From an uncultured Alphaproteobacteria bacterium (GTDB lineage: Bacteria > Pseudomonadota > Alphaproteobacteria > Sphingomonadales > Sphingomonadaceae), in the NCBI GenBank assembly GCA_963785965.1, contig CAWAXE010000007.1, forward strand, positions 3 through 64,002: a stretch of DNA of 64,000 nucleotides. The letters are read 5' to 3'. A program made the position numbers and the translations under genes. How positions within the stretch are numbered: position 1 is the stretch's first letter; every line of letters starts with the position of its first letter. Of this stretch, positions 9,563 through 19,462 are shown piece after piece. Under the pieces are notes generated by a model. It was not told where the DNA came from. It made no database searches and saw only the letters and a program-made list of their open reading frames with translations.

Positions 9563-12491
9563 GCGGGCGGCCGAACGGCCCGCCGTCTTCACCATCCCCG
9601 CCCACCGCTCGTTCGCCGACGCACTTGCCGCCGGACTGATCCAGCGCTTCGGCAAGGACCCGCTGGGGCTCGCCAGAGGCCGGATCCTGCTGCCCAACAA
9701 CCGCGCCGTGCGCGCCGTCACCGAGGCGTTCGTCCGCGCGAGCGGGAGCGGGCTGCTGCTGCCGCGGTTGATCCCGATCGGCGATCCGGAGCTCGACGAG
9801 CGGATCGGCGGCGCGCTCGAGCCGATCGACGATGCCGAGCCGATCCCGCCGGCGATCGACCCGCTGCAGCGGCTGCTGACGCTGGCGGAGCTGGTTCGCG
9901 GCGAGGGCGTCGGCAGCACCGAGGCGCTTCGTCTGGCGCAGGACCTCGCGCGGACGCTCGATCTGCTGCTGGTCGAGGAGGTCGATCCGCGCCGCCTCGC
10001 CGATGCGGCGGCCGATGCCGCCGACCTGGCGCTGCACTGGCAGGTCTCGCTCGAGCGGCTGCGGGCGATCATCGACGAGTGGCCGAGGCGACTGGCGGAG
10101 CTCGGCGCGATCGACCTCGCCGACCGCCGCAACCGGCTGCTTGCGCCGGCTTGCGCGACCGCTGGGCCGACGAAGCCGCCGCGAGGGCTTCACGGTCGCC
10201 GCCGGAATCACGACGACCGCGCCGGCGGTCGACGGCGTTGCTGCACCGGGTCGCGCGGATGCCGCGACGGGATGGTGGTCGTGCCCGCGCTCAGCCTGGC
10301 GAGCGTCATGCCCGAGGAGGAATGGGACGCGCTCGGCCCCGACGAGCAGGGCAGCGGCGAGCAGACGCATCCGCAATATCATCTGAAGCTGCTGCTGGAC
10401 CGGATGGGCGTGGCTCGCGGCGAAGTGCAGGTCTGGCCGGCGTCGGGCCGCGCCGCCTCGCCGGCGGTGCGCGCGCGGGCGGTCGCCAACGCGATGACCG
10501 CCGCCGACTTCAGCGACAAATGGAGCGCGCTCAAGCCGCCCGAGCGGCGGCTGACCGGCGTGCGCGCCGCCGAGTTCGCCGATGCGGCGGCCGAAGCGCA
10601 GGGGATCGCGCTGGCGCTGCGGCGAGCGCTCGAAACGCCGGGGCAGACGGCGGCGCTGGTCACGCCCGACCGGATGCTCGCGCGGCGGGTGTCGGCGTTG
10701 CTCCAGCGCTGGGGCATCGAGGCGGACGACAGCGCCGGACGGCCGCTGTCCGAAACGCCGGCCGGAACCTTGCTGCTCGGCATTGCGGCGGCCGCCGCGG
10801 AGGAGCTTGCGCCGGTGCCGTTGCTCGCTCTGCTCAAGCATCCGCTGGTCGGCGGCGAGGGCGACGACCAGGCTCCGCTGGCTCGAGACGCGTGCGGACG
10901 TTCGACCTCGCGCTGCGCGGGCCGCGGCCCGGCGGCCGGGCCTGGAGGGCCTCGACGCGCACATTCGCGAGCGCGAGGCGGAGCCGAAATATCGCGGCTG
11001 CGCGGTGCGTGGGCGAAACTGCGTCCCGCGTCCAGCCGATCGCCGGAATGCTCGCGAAGCCGCTCGGCCTGGCCGAGTTCGCTCGGCGGATTGTCGGCCG
11101 CCGCGGACCGCGCTGGCGGGCGACCGCGCCGTGGCGCGGGGCCGACGGGCGGATGGCGGCCGAGCTGCTCGCCGAACTCGAAGCTGCGCCGGCCGCGCGG
11201 CCACGATGGCGATCAGCGCCGAGGACGCCGTGCCGGTGCTTCGCGACCTGCTCGAGCAGCAGCGTGTTCGGCCGCCCTATGGCGGGCATCCGCGCATCTT
11301 CATCTGGGGCCTGCTCGAAGCGCGGCTGCAGCAGGCGGACTTCATGGTGCTCGGCGGGCTCAACGAAGGCGTGTGGCCGGCGCGCGCCCGCGCCCGATCC
11401 GTGGCTCGCGCCGAAGATCCGCGCGAACCTCGGACTGCCCGGGCTCGAGTATCGGATCGGCCTGTCGGCGCACGATTTCGCCAGCGCGCTCGGCGCGCCG
11501 CGGGTGCTCGTCACGCGAGCGCGCCGCGACGCGCGCTCGCCGACGGTCGCGTCGCGCTTCTGGCTGCGGCTTGCAGGCGATGACCGGCGGAGTGACCCGC
11601 GACACGCGGCTCGAACGGCTCGCGGCCGCGCTCGACGATCCCGGCGAGCTCGCGCCCGCCGAGCGCCCGCGCCCGCAGCCCGCCGGCCGAGATTCGCCCG
11701 CGCGAGATCTCGGTGACGTCGGTCGACCGCCTGAAGGCCGATCCGTTCGCCTTCTACGCGCAGGCGATGCTGCGCTTGCGCCGGCTCGACCCGGTCGACG
11801 CCGACCACAGCGCCGCGTGGAAGGGCATCGCGGTCCACAAGGTGCTCGAAGAGTGGCTCGATCAACGACGAATGCACGCCCGAGGCGCTGCTGCCGCGCG
11901 CGCGGGCGCTGCTCGACGAGCGAGACGATCCACCCGATGCTGCGCGCGCTGTGGCAGCCGCGGCTGATCGAAGCGATCAACCAGGTCGCGGAGTGGGAGC
12001 GCGAGGATCGCGAGGCCGGGCGCCTGCCGCTCAAGGCCGAGATCGCGGGCGAGACGGAGATTGCCGGAGTCACGGTCAACGGCAAAGCCGACCGCATCGA
12101 CCGGCTCGCCGACGGCGGCCTCGCGATCGTCGATTACAAGACGGGCAAGGCGCCCGCGCAAAAAGCCGTCGACAAGGGATTTGCGCTGCAGCTCGGGCTG
12201 CTCGGGCTGATCGCGCGCGCCGGCGGTTTTCCGGAAGTGGACGGCGAACCGGAAGCGCACGAATATTGGTCGCTGACCAAGGACCGCGACAAGTTCGGGA
12301 AGCGCGTGTGCCCGGACAAGAATATGGGCGCGGCCGAGTTCCTCGCCCATGCCGAAGCGCATTTCCGCGATGCGGCAGGCAAATGGCTGACGGGAGACGA
12401 GCCGTTCACGGCCAAGCTCCACCCGGCTTACGCGCCCTACGGCGACTACGATCAGCTGATGCGGCTGGAAGAATGGTACGGCCGCGAATGA
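9555..12491 (+). CDS. addB: Double-strand break repair nuclease AddB (multiple frameshifts)
   Basis: FTIPAHRSFADALA, LLPNNRA, ALVTPDRMLARRV, GIEADDSAG, GLLEARLQ, GKADRID...IVDYKTG, QLGL. Confidence 0.93.
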   Translation: MPERAAERPAVFTIPAHRSFADALAAGLIQRFGKDPLGLARGRILLPNNRAVRAVTEAFVRASGSGLLLPRLIPIGDPELDERIGGALEPIDDAEPIPPAIDPLQRLLTLAELVRGEGVGSTEALRLAQDLARTLDLLLVEEVDPRRLADAAADAADLALHWQVSLERLRAIIDEWPRRLAELGAIDLADRRNRLLAPACATAGPTKPPRGLHGRRRNHDDRAGGRRRCCTGSRGCRDGMVVVPALSLASVMPEEEWDALGPDEQGSGEQTHPQYHLKLLLDRMGVARGEVQVWPASGRAASPAVRARAVANAMTAADFSDKWSALKPPERRLTGVRAAEFADAAAEAQGIALALRRALETPGQTAALVTPDRMLARRVSALLQRWGIEADDSAGRPLSETPAGTLLLGIAAAAAEELAPVPLLALLKHPLVGGEGDDQAPLARDACGRSTSRCAGRGPAAGPGGPRRAHSRARGGAEISRLRGAWAKLRPASSRSPECSRSRSAWPSSLGGLSAAADRAGGRPRRGAGPTGGWRPSCSPNSKLRRPRGHDGDQRRGRRAGASRPARAAACSAALWRASAHLHLGPARSAAAAGGLHGARRAQRRRVAGARPRPIRGSRRRSARTSDCPGSSIGSACRRTISPARSARRGCSSRERAATRARRRSRRASGCGLQAMTGGVTRDTRLERLAAALDDPGELAPAERPRPQPAGRDSPARDLGDVGRPPEGRSVRLLRAGDAALAPARPGRRRPQRRVEGHRGPQGARRVARSTTNARPRRCCRARGRCSTSETIHPMLRALWQPRLIEAINQVAEWEREDREAGRLPLKAEIAGETEIAGVTVNGKADRIDRLADGGLAIVDYKTGKAPAQKAVDKGFALQLGLLGLIARAGGFPEVDGEPEAHEYWSLTKDRDKFGKRVCPDKNMGAAEFLAHAEAHFRDAAGKWLTGDEPFTAKLHPAYAPYGDYDQLMRLEEWYGRE

Positions 12492-12495
12492 GGGC

Positions 12496-12639
12496 CTAGC
12501 GCCTCGGCTTCTTCTTGATCTTGGACGCGTAGAGCAACGCCGCGACGATCGCGGCCGAGCCGATGCCGACGGCGACGCCGGCCTTGACCAGCTTGCTGCG
12601 CCGCTGTTCGTCCGCCTCGTTCCGTTCGTTCTCGGCCAT
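12496..12639 (-). CDS. Small single-pass membrane protein, 47 aa
   Basis: Manual translation MAENERNEADEQRRSKLVKAGVAVGIGSAAIVAALLYASKIKKKPRR*, GAGGAG RBS; below the ORF-track size cutoff. Confidence 0.75.
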   Translation of the reverse strand: MAENERNEADEQRRSKLVKAGVAVGIGSAAIVAALLYASKIKKKPRR

Positions 12640-12694
12640 CGTCTGCTCCTCGGCGTCCCAAATATGGCGTCATGCTGCGAGCTTGGGAAGGCTG

Positions 12695-15600
12695 ATGGCA
12701 CAGCGAATCAAGCCTCTTCACGAGCTTCAGGGCGACCAGGCACGGGCCGCCGATCCACGCGCCCACGCGGCGCTGTCGGCGTCGGCGGGCACGGGCAAGA
12801 CGCAAGTTCTGACCGGGCGCGTGCTGCGACTGCTGCTGTCGGGCGCTGCGCCCGGAGACGATTCTCTGCCTCACCTTCACCAAGGCGGCGGCGGCGGAGA
12901 TGGCCAACCGCATCGGCGCGCGGCTCGCGGCATGGGTGCGGATGAAGGATGCGGACCTTGAAGAAGGATCTGTTCGCACTGGGTGAGCGCAACGATCCAG
13001 TGACGGTCCAGCGCGCGCGGCGGCTGTTCGCCAAGGTGCTCGAAGCGCCTGGCGGGCTGCGCATCCAGACCATCCACAGCTTCGCGCAGACGCTGCTCGC
13101 GTCCTTCCCGGCGGAAGCGGGGATCGCGCCCGGGTTCCAGCCGCTCGAGGGCCGGGCCGAGCAGGAGCTTGGGCGGACCACGCTCGCCAATTTGTTGGCC
13201 GACGCGGAGGCGAGCGGCAACGAAGGGCTGATCGGCGACGTGCAATGCCTCAGCCTGCGGCTCGGGGAAGGCGCGGCGGTCGATTATCTGATGCGCTGCG
13301 CGAGGGCGCAGGAAGCGCTCGCGGCTCTCGGTGCGCCGGAAACGATCGAGGCGCGCCTGCGCGCGATGATGGGGCTGCCGAATGAGTCGGTCGAGGATTA
13401 TCTCGCCCACCATTGCGGCGACGACGGCTTCGATTGCGACCTTCTGCGGGCCGTCGCCGATGCGAACCGAAGGTGGGGCGGAAAGACGGGGCTGGGCCAC
13501 GCCGGCGTTATCGACGATTGGCTGGCGCTGACCCCGATCGAGCGCGCCGCTGCCCTGACGGACCTGCGCAAGATCGTTCTGACGGACAAAGGCACGCTCA
13601 AGGTTTCGCCGGGTCAATCAAAGGCCGAGCCGCACTATGAAGCTCACGCAGGCCGGCTCGCCGATCTCATCGGCGAGTTGTTGCGCGTCCAGAATGCCGG
13701 CGCGGCTTGCGAGCGACATGGCCGCGGGGCTTCGCGCAGGGCAGGCGTTCGCCGACGCCTACGCCCGTGCCAAGCGCGCCGCCGGCGTTGCCGATTTCGA
13801 CGATCTGATCCGCTGGACGCGCAAGCTGCTTGCCCAGCCCGGAATGGGCGAGTGGGTGCGCTACAAGCTCGACCAGCGCACCGACCATATCCTGGTCGAC
13901 GAGGCGCAGGACACCAACGAAGCGCAGTGGGACATCGTCCGCGCGCTGGCCGAGGAATATTTCAGCGGCTCACCCGAGGCCGAGCGGCGGGTTCGCACCT
14001 TGTTCATGGTCGGCGATTTCAAGCAGGCGATCTACGGCTTCCAGGGCACCGATCCGCGCGAATTCGAGAAGATGCGCTCCGAGGTACGGCAGAGGTCGGA
14101 GGCGCTGCGGACAGCCGAGGAGATCGGCGCTCGAATTCCGCGACCTGTCGATCAACGCCAGCTATCGCTCGGCCCAAGCGGTGCTCGATGCGGTCGATGC
14201 GCGTGATCCAAGAGGTCGGCTTTCGTGAAATGGGCCTGCCGGAATTTCCGCCGAAGCATGTCGCGCACCACTCCGCCCGGCCCGGGATGGTCGAGCTGTG
14301 GAAGCCCTTCGCGCTGGAGGATTCGGGAGGAGGGCGAGGACGGCGAGGAGGGCTGGCTCGACGCCGACGCCCGCGCTTATGCCGACAAGCTTGCGCAGCA
14401 GGTGCGCGCGTGGATCGACGAGGCGCCGGTGCTCGAATTCGACCAAGCGGCCGCTGACCGCCGGTGACATCCTGATCCTGGTGCGCAGCCGCGGCGAGCT
14501 TGCGTCGCTGATCGTCGCGCGGCTGTTTCGCCGCGGGCGTGCCGGTCGCTGGGATCGATCGCCTGTTCCTGTCCAAGCCGTTCGCGGTGCGCGATTTGCT
14601 CGCGGCGGTCACCTTCGCGGTGCAGCCGCTCGACGACCTCAACCTCGCCAACCTGCTGGTGTCGCCGCTGATCGGCTGGGACCAGCAGCAGCTGTTCGAT
14701 CTCGCCCACGAGCGGAAAGGGCGGCTGTGGCGCGCCTTCGCGAACGGGCCGAGGAGCGCGAGGATTTCGCGGCGGCGCACGCGGCGCTCGGCGAGCTGCT
14801 GGCGATGGCCGATTACACGACTCCGTCGCTTTTCCTCGAGACGATCCTGTCCGGTCCGCTCGATGGCCGCCGCAAGCTTTACCGCCGCCTTGGCCTCGCG
14901 GCGCGCGATCCGATCGACGAGCTGATGACCGCGGCGCTCGAATTCGAACGCAACGAAGTGCCGTCGCTCGAGCGCTTCCACGCCTGGTTCGCGCGCGGCG
15001 ATGTCGAGATCCAGCGCGACCCGTCGCGAGCGCACGAATGCGGTGCGGGTGATGACGGTGCACGGCGCCAAGGGGCTCGAAGCGCCGTACGTGATCCTCG
15101 CCGACGCGACCGCCGATCCGGCGAACCTCGGCCGGCGCAATCCGCCGCTCGACCTGCCGATCGGCGGCGAGAAAGTGCCGGTGATCCGACCGCGCAAGGC
15201 CGAGCTGGTCGAGCCGTTCTCGAGCATCATTGCGCTTGAGCAGGCGCGCGACCTTCAGGAGCATTGGCGCTTGCTTTACGTCGGCATGACCCGTGCGAGC
15301 GAGCGGCTGGTGGTCGGCCGGGATCGAGCCGACGCGCGGCGTTCCCGAAAATAGCTGGCACAGGCGCGTCGAGCGCGCGCTGACGTCGCTGGGAGCTGAT
15401 GCCGGAAGCGGACGCGCGGTGGAGGCTGCGCTGCAGCGCTATCGCGGACAGATCGCGCTGAGGGCTCGTGAAGCCGAAGACTTCGCGCGTCGAACTCGGC
15501 CCGCCCGCTTTGCCGGATTGGGTGCGCGCGCCGGCGCCTGCCGAGCCGCGCCCGCCGCGGCCGCTCGCGCCGTCGCAGCTCGCCGAGGACCGCGAACCGG

Positions 15601-16098
15601 CTCCGCCGCCGACGCCGCAATCGCGCGCCGCCGCGAGGCGCGGGACCTTGATCCACCAGCTGCTCGAGCGGCTCGCGGATGTGGAACCGATCTGCCGCCG
15701 TGACCGGGCCCTGCAATGGCTTGAGCAATCCGCCGGCATCGCCGACGCGGCGCAACGGGAGGAGATCGCGGACCAGGTTTGTCGGGTCTTGTCCGATCGC
15801 TGCTTTCGCTCCGTTGTTCGGCCCCGGCTCGCTCGGCGAGGCGCCGCTCGCGGCGACCTTGCCCGACGGGCGGGTGATCGCCGGAACCGCCGACCGGCTG
15901 CTGATCGAAGAGAGCCGCGTATCGGTTCTCGACTTCAAGACCGGCCGAGTTCCCGACAGCGACACGCAGGTCCCGGCGGCGCATCGGGCCCAGATGGAAG
16001 CCTATTCCGAGGCGCTGCGGGTGATTTTCCCGGGACGGCACATCCGCGCAGCATTGCTCTACACGTCCGGCCCGAAACTGATCGAAGTCATGCCTTGA
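12695..16098 (+). CDS. addA: Double-strand break repair helicase/nuclease AddA (multiple frameshifts)
   Basis: [77 protein letters not shown]...DFKTG. Confidence 0.94.
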
Positions 16099-16165
16099 GC
16101 GCCGTGGGCGCGAACGCCCATATGGCCGTTACACCGTCACCCATGCCGAGGGAGATTCGCGCGTC

Positions 16166-16627
16166 ATGCCCACCAAATCCGTCACCGATCAGAGCTTCGC
16201 CAGCGACGTTTTGGGGGCTTCCGGACCAGTGCTGGTCGATTTCTGGGCCGAATGGTGCGGCCCGTGCCGAATGATCGCCCCGGCGCTCGAGGAAATCTCC
16301 GCCGAGCTCGGCGACAAGGTCACGGTCGCCAAGCTCAACATCGACGAGAATCCCGACACGCCGAGCCGTTACGGCGTGCGCGGAATCCCGACCATGCTGC
16401 TGTTCAACGGCGGCCAGCCCATCGCGCAAAAGGTCGGCGCTGCCCCGCGCAGCCAGATCCAGCAGTGGCTGGAGAGCAATCTCGAGACTGCGAGCCAGTC
16501 GAAAGCGGCTGGCCCGCACTCACCGCAGAAGCTGCGGTGGCCGAAGCTCGACGAGGGCACTGGACGCACCTTGTCCGCGCCCTTCGTCCAGACGAGATCG
16601 CCGTCGGCACGCTTGCGCCTTAATTGA
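16166..16627 (+). CDS. trxA: Thioredoxin; ORF carries ~45 extra C-terminal residues
   Basis: [23 protein letters not shown]; the fold ends near QQWLESNL (~16483) but the frame stays open. Confidence 0.93.
   Translation: MPTKSVTDQSFASDVLGASGPVLVDFWAEWCGPCRMIAPALEEISAELGDKVTVAKLNIDENPDTPSRYGVRGIPTMLLFNGGQPIAQKVGAAPRSQIQQWLESNLETASQSKAAGPHSPQKLRWPKLDEGTGRTLSAPFVQTRSPSARLRLN
16513..16608 (-). pseudogene. Internal fragment of a GFA-family (Mss4-like zinc-binding) gene
   Basis: Minus strand reads [32 protein letters not shown], matching the W..G....Y.SS..G.R.FC..CG pattern; no start codon or N-terminal CxC/CHC part. Confidence 0.55.
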
Positions 16628-16728
16628 CTACGGCTAGGCCGCTCCTTACATCGCCCGCGACAGTTTCCCAGAGCGACGGCGAGAGGTTTTCGCCCCATCC
16701 TGAACGCACGGGTATTTAAGGGAATTCC

Positions 16729-19462
16729 ATGTTCGCCGCAGTGGCAAAAAGCATCTTCGGATCGGCCAACGATCGCTACGTCCGTAGCCTCGGCAAATAT
16801 GTCGATGCGGTCAACGCGCTCGAACCGAATATTCATGCGCTTTCGGACGACGAGCTGCGCGGGCAGACGGAGCTCTTCCGGCAGCGGCTGGCCAACGGCG
16901 AAAAGCTCGAGGACCTGCTTCCCGAAGCGTTCGCCACCGTTCGCGAAGCGGCGATCCGAACGCTTGGCCAGCGCCATTACGACGTCCAGCTGATCGGCGG
17001 CATCGCGCTCCACCGCGGTGAGATCGCCGAGATGAAGACCGGCGAAGGCAAGACGCTGGTCGCGACCCTCGCGGTCTATCTGAATGCGCTCGAAGGCAGG
17101 GGCGTCCACGTCGTCACGGTCAACGACTATCTCGCCCGCCGCGACGCCGACTGGATGGGCCAGATCTACCGCTTCCTCGGAATGACCGTGGGCGTGATTG
17201 TACCCAACTTGCTCCGACGAGGAGCGGCGTGAGGCCTACAATTGCGACATCACCTACGGCACGAACAACGAGCTCGGCTTCGATTATTTGCGCGACAATA
17301 TGAAATTCTCGCGGGCGCAGATGGTCCAGCGGCCGTTCAATTACGCCATCGTCGACGAGGTGGATTCGATCCTGATCGACGAAGCGCGGACGCCGCTGAT
17401 CATCTCCGGCCCGACCGACGACAAGTCCGACCTCTACATGAAGGTCGATCAGCTGGTGAAACTGCTGCAGCCGTCCGATTACGACAAGGACGAGAAGCAG
17501 CGGAGCGTGGTCCTCACCGAGGACGGCACCGAGAAGGCCGAGCGGATGCTCGAGGAAGCCGGCCTGATCGAAGGCCGCAACCTCTACGACATCATGAACA
17601 CCCAGGTCGTCCATCACTTGAACGAGGCGCTGAAAGCCAACGTCATGTTCAAGAAGGACATCGATTACATCGTCAAGGATGGGAAGGTCGTCATCATCGA
17701 CGAGTTCACCGGCCGGATGATGGACGGGCGGCGCTGGTCGGACGGGCTTCACCAGGCGGTCGAAGCCAAGGAAGGCGTCCAGATCGAGCCCGAGAACCAG
17801 ACGCTCGCCTCGATCACTTTCCAGAACTATTTCCGGATGTACCCGAAGCTCTCCGGAATGACCGGCACGGCGATGACCGAGGCCCCGGAATTCTTCGACA
17901 TCTACAAGATGAACGTGGTCTCCATCCCGACCAACGTGCCGGTCCGCCGCGTGGATGAGGAAGACGTCTTCTACAAGTCGATGCCGGAGAAGTTCGCCGC
18001 GATCACCCAGGAAATCAAGGCGAAGCAGGAGCATGGCCAGCCGGTACTGGTCGGTACGATCTCGATCGAAAAATCCGAGATGCTATCCGAATATCTCAAC
18101 AAGGAGGGGATCAAGCATTCAGTGCTGAACGCCCGCTTCCACGAGCAGGAGGCGCATATCGTCGCTCAGGCGGGCAGCATGGGCGCAGTGACGATCGCGA
18201 CCAATATGGCCGGCCGCGGCACCGATATTCAGCTGGGCGGCAACGTCGACTTCCGCATCGAGGACGAGCTCGGCAAAATGGAGGGCGGACCCGAGAAGGA
18301 ACAAGCGATCGAACGCATCCGCGCCGAAGTCGCCGAACAGAAGCAGCGGGTGATCGACGCCGGTGGCCTTTACGTGCTCGGCACCGAGCGCCACGAGAGC
18401 CGGCGCATCGATAACCAGCTGCGTGGCCGGTCGGGCCGCCAGGGCGATCCGGGGCTGTCGAAATTCTATCTGAGCCTCGATGACGATTTGCTGCGCATCT
18501 TCGGTCCGCAGACGATGTTCTCCCGCCTGATGAACAAGAATCTCGAGGACGGCGAAGCGATCATCTCGCCGTGGATCTCCAAGGCGATCGAGACCGCGCA
18601 GAAGAAGGTCGAGGCGCGCAACTACGACATCCGCAAGCAAGTCGTCGAATTCGACGACGTGATGAACGACCAGCGCAAGGTCATCTACGAGCAGCGTGCC
18701 GACATCATGGACGCGGAAACGGTCGAGGATGTCATCAACGACATGCGCGCCGAGACGGCCGCTTCGATCGTCGCGGTCCACTGCCCGCCCGGCACCTATC
18801 CCGAGCAGTGGGATGTCGCAGGGCTGAAGGAGAGCATCGATCTGGTGTTCGGGCTCCAGCCGCCGGTCGAACAATGGCTGGAAGAGGAAGCGGTCGAGCC
18901 GGACCTGATCATTGAGCGGGTGCAGGGCCTCGCCGACGGCGTCATGGCCGAGAAGATGAGCCAGCTCGAGACCGACAGCCGCAAGTCGGTGGAGAAGCAG
19001 ATCCTACTGCAGACCCTCGATCAGTACTGGAAGGAGCACCTCGCGACGCTCGACGCGCTGCGCCAGGTGATCCACCTCAGGAGCTATGCCCAGAAGAAGC
19101 CGATCGACGAGTACAAGCAGGAAGCATTCCTGCTGTTCGAAAGACTGCTGGTCGCGATCCGGGAAGAAGTGACCCGGATGCTGATGCGCGCGCAGTTCCG
19201 CCTGGAGGACGCGCCGCCGCCGGTGCTCCCCGATTTTATCACCCAGCACCTCGATCCGTTCTCGGGGGACGACGACACGGCCGACATCGACGCGGCGACG
19301 GGCGCGGTGCTGTCGAACCTGCCGCTGCTCAGCATCCCGCAGCCGCCGCTGCCGTTGCGTGAGCCGCAGGGCGGCGTCGTCGAAGCTCCGATCAGCCGCA
19401 ACGCGCCGTGCCCATGCGGCTCGGGCAAGAAGTACAAGCATTGCCACGGACAGCTCGCGTAG
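16729..19462 (+). CDS. secA: Preprotein translocase ATPase SecA (frameshift near 17210)
   Basis: [56 protein letters not shown]-terminal [18 protein letters not shown]. Confidence 0.98.

Noticed and set aside
9372-11204. Long antisense or alternative-frame ORFs here and at 19798-21327, 53323-54900 and 57343-58923
   Set aside because: Arg/Ala/Pro-rich shadows expected in high-GC coding DNA, opposite well-supported genes.
16729-19462. Programmed frameshifting or pseudogenisation of secA and other split genes
   Set aside because: Shifts are numerous, hit essential genes and lack consistent slippery sites; sequencing indels are the simpler explanation.
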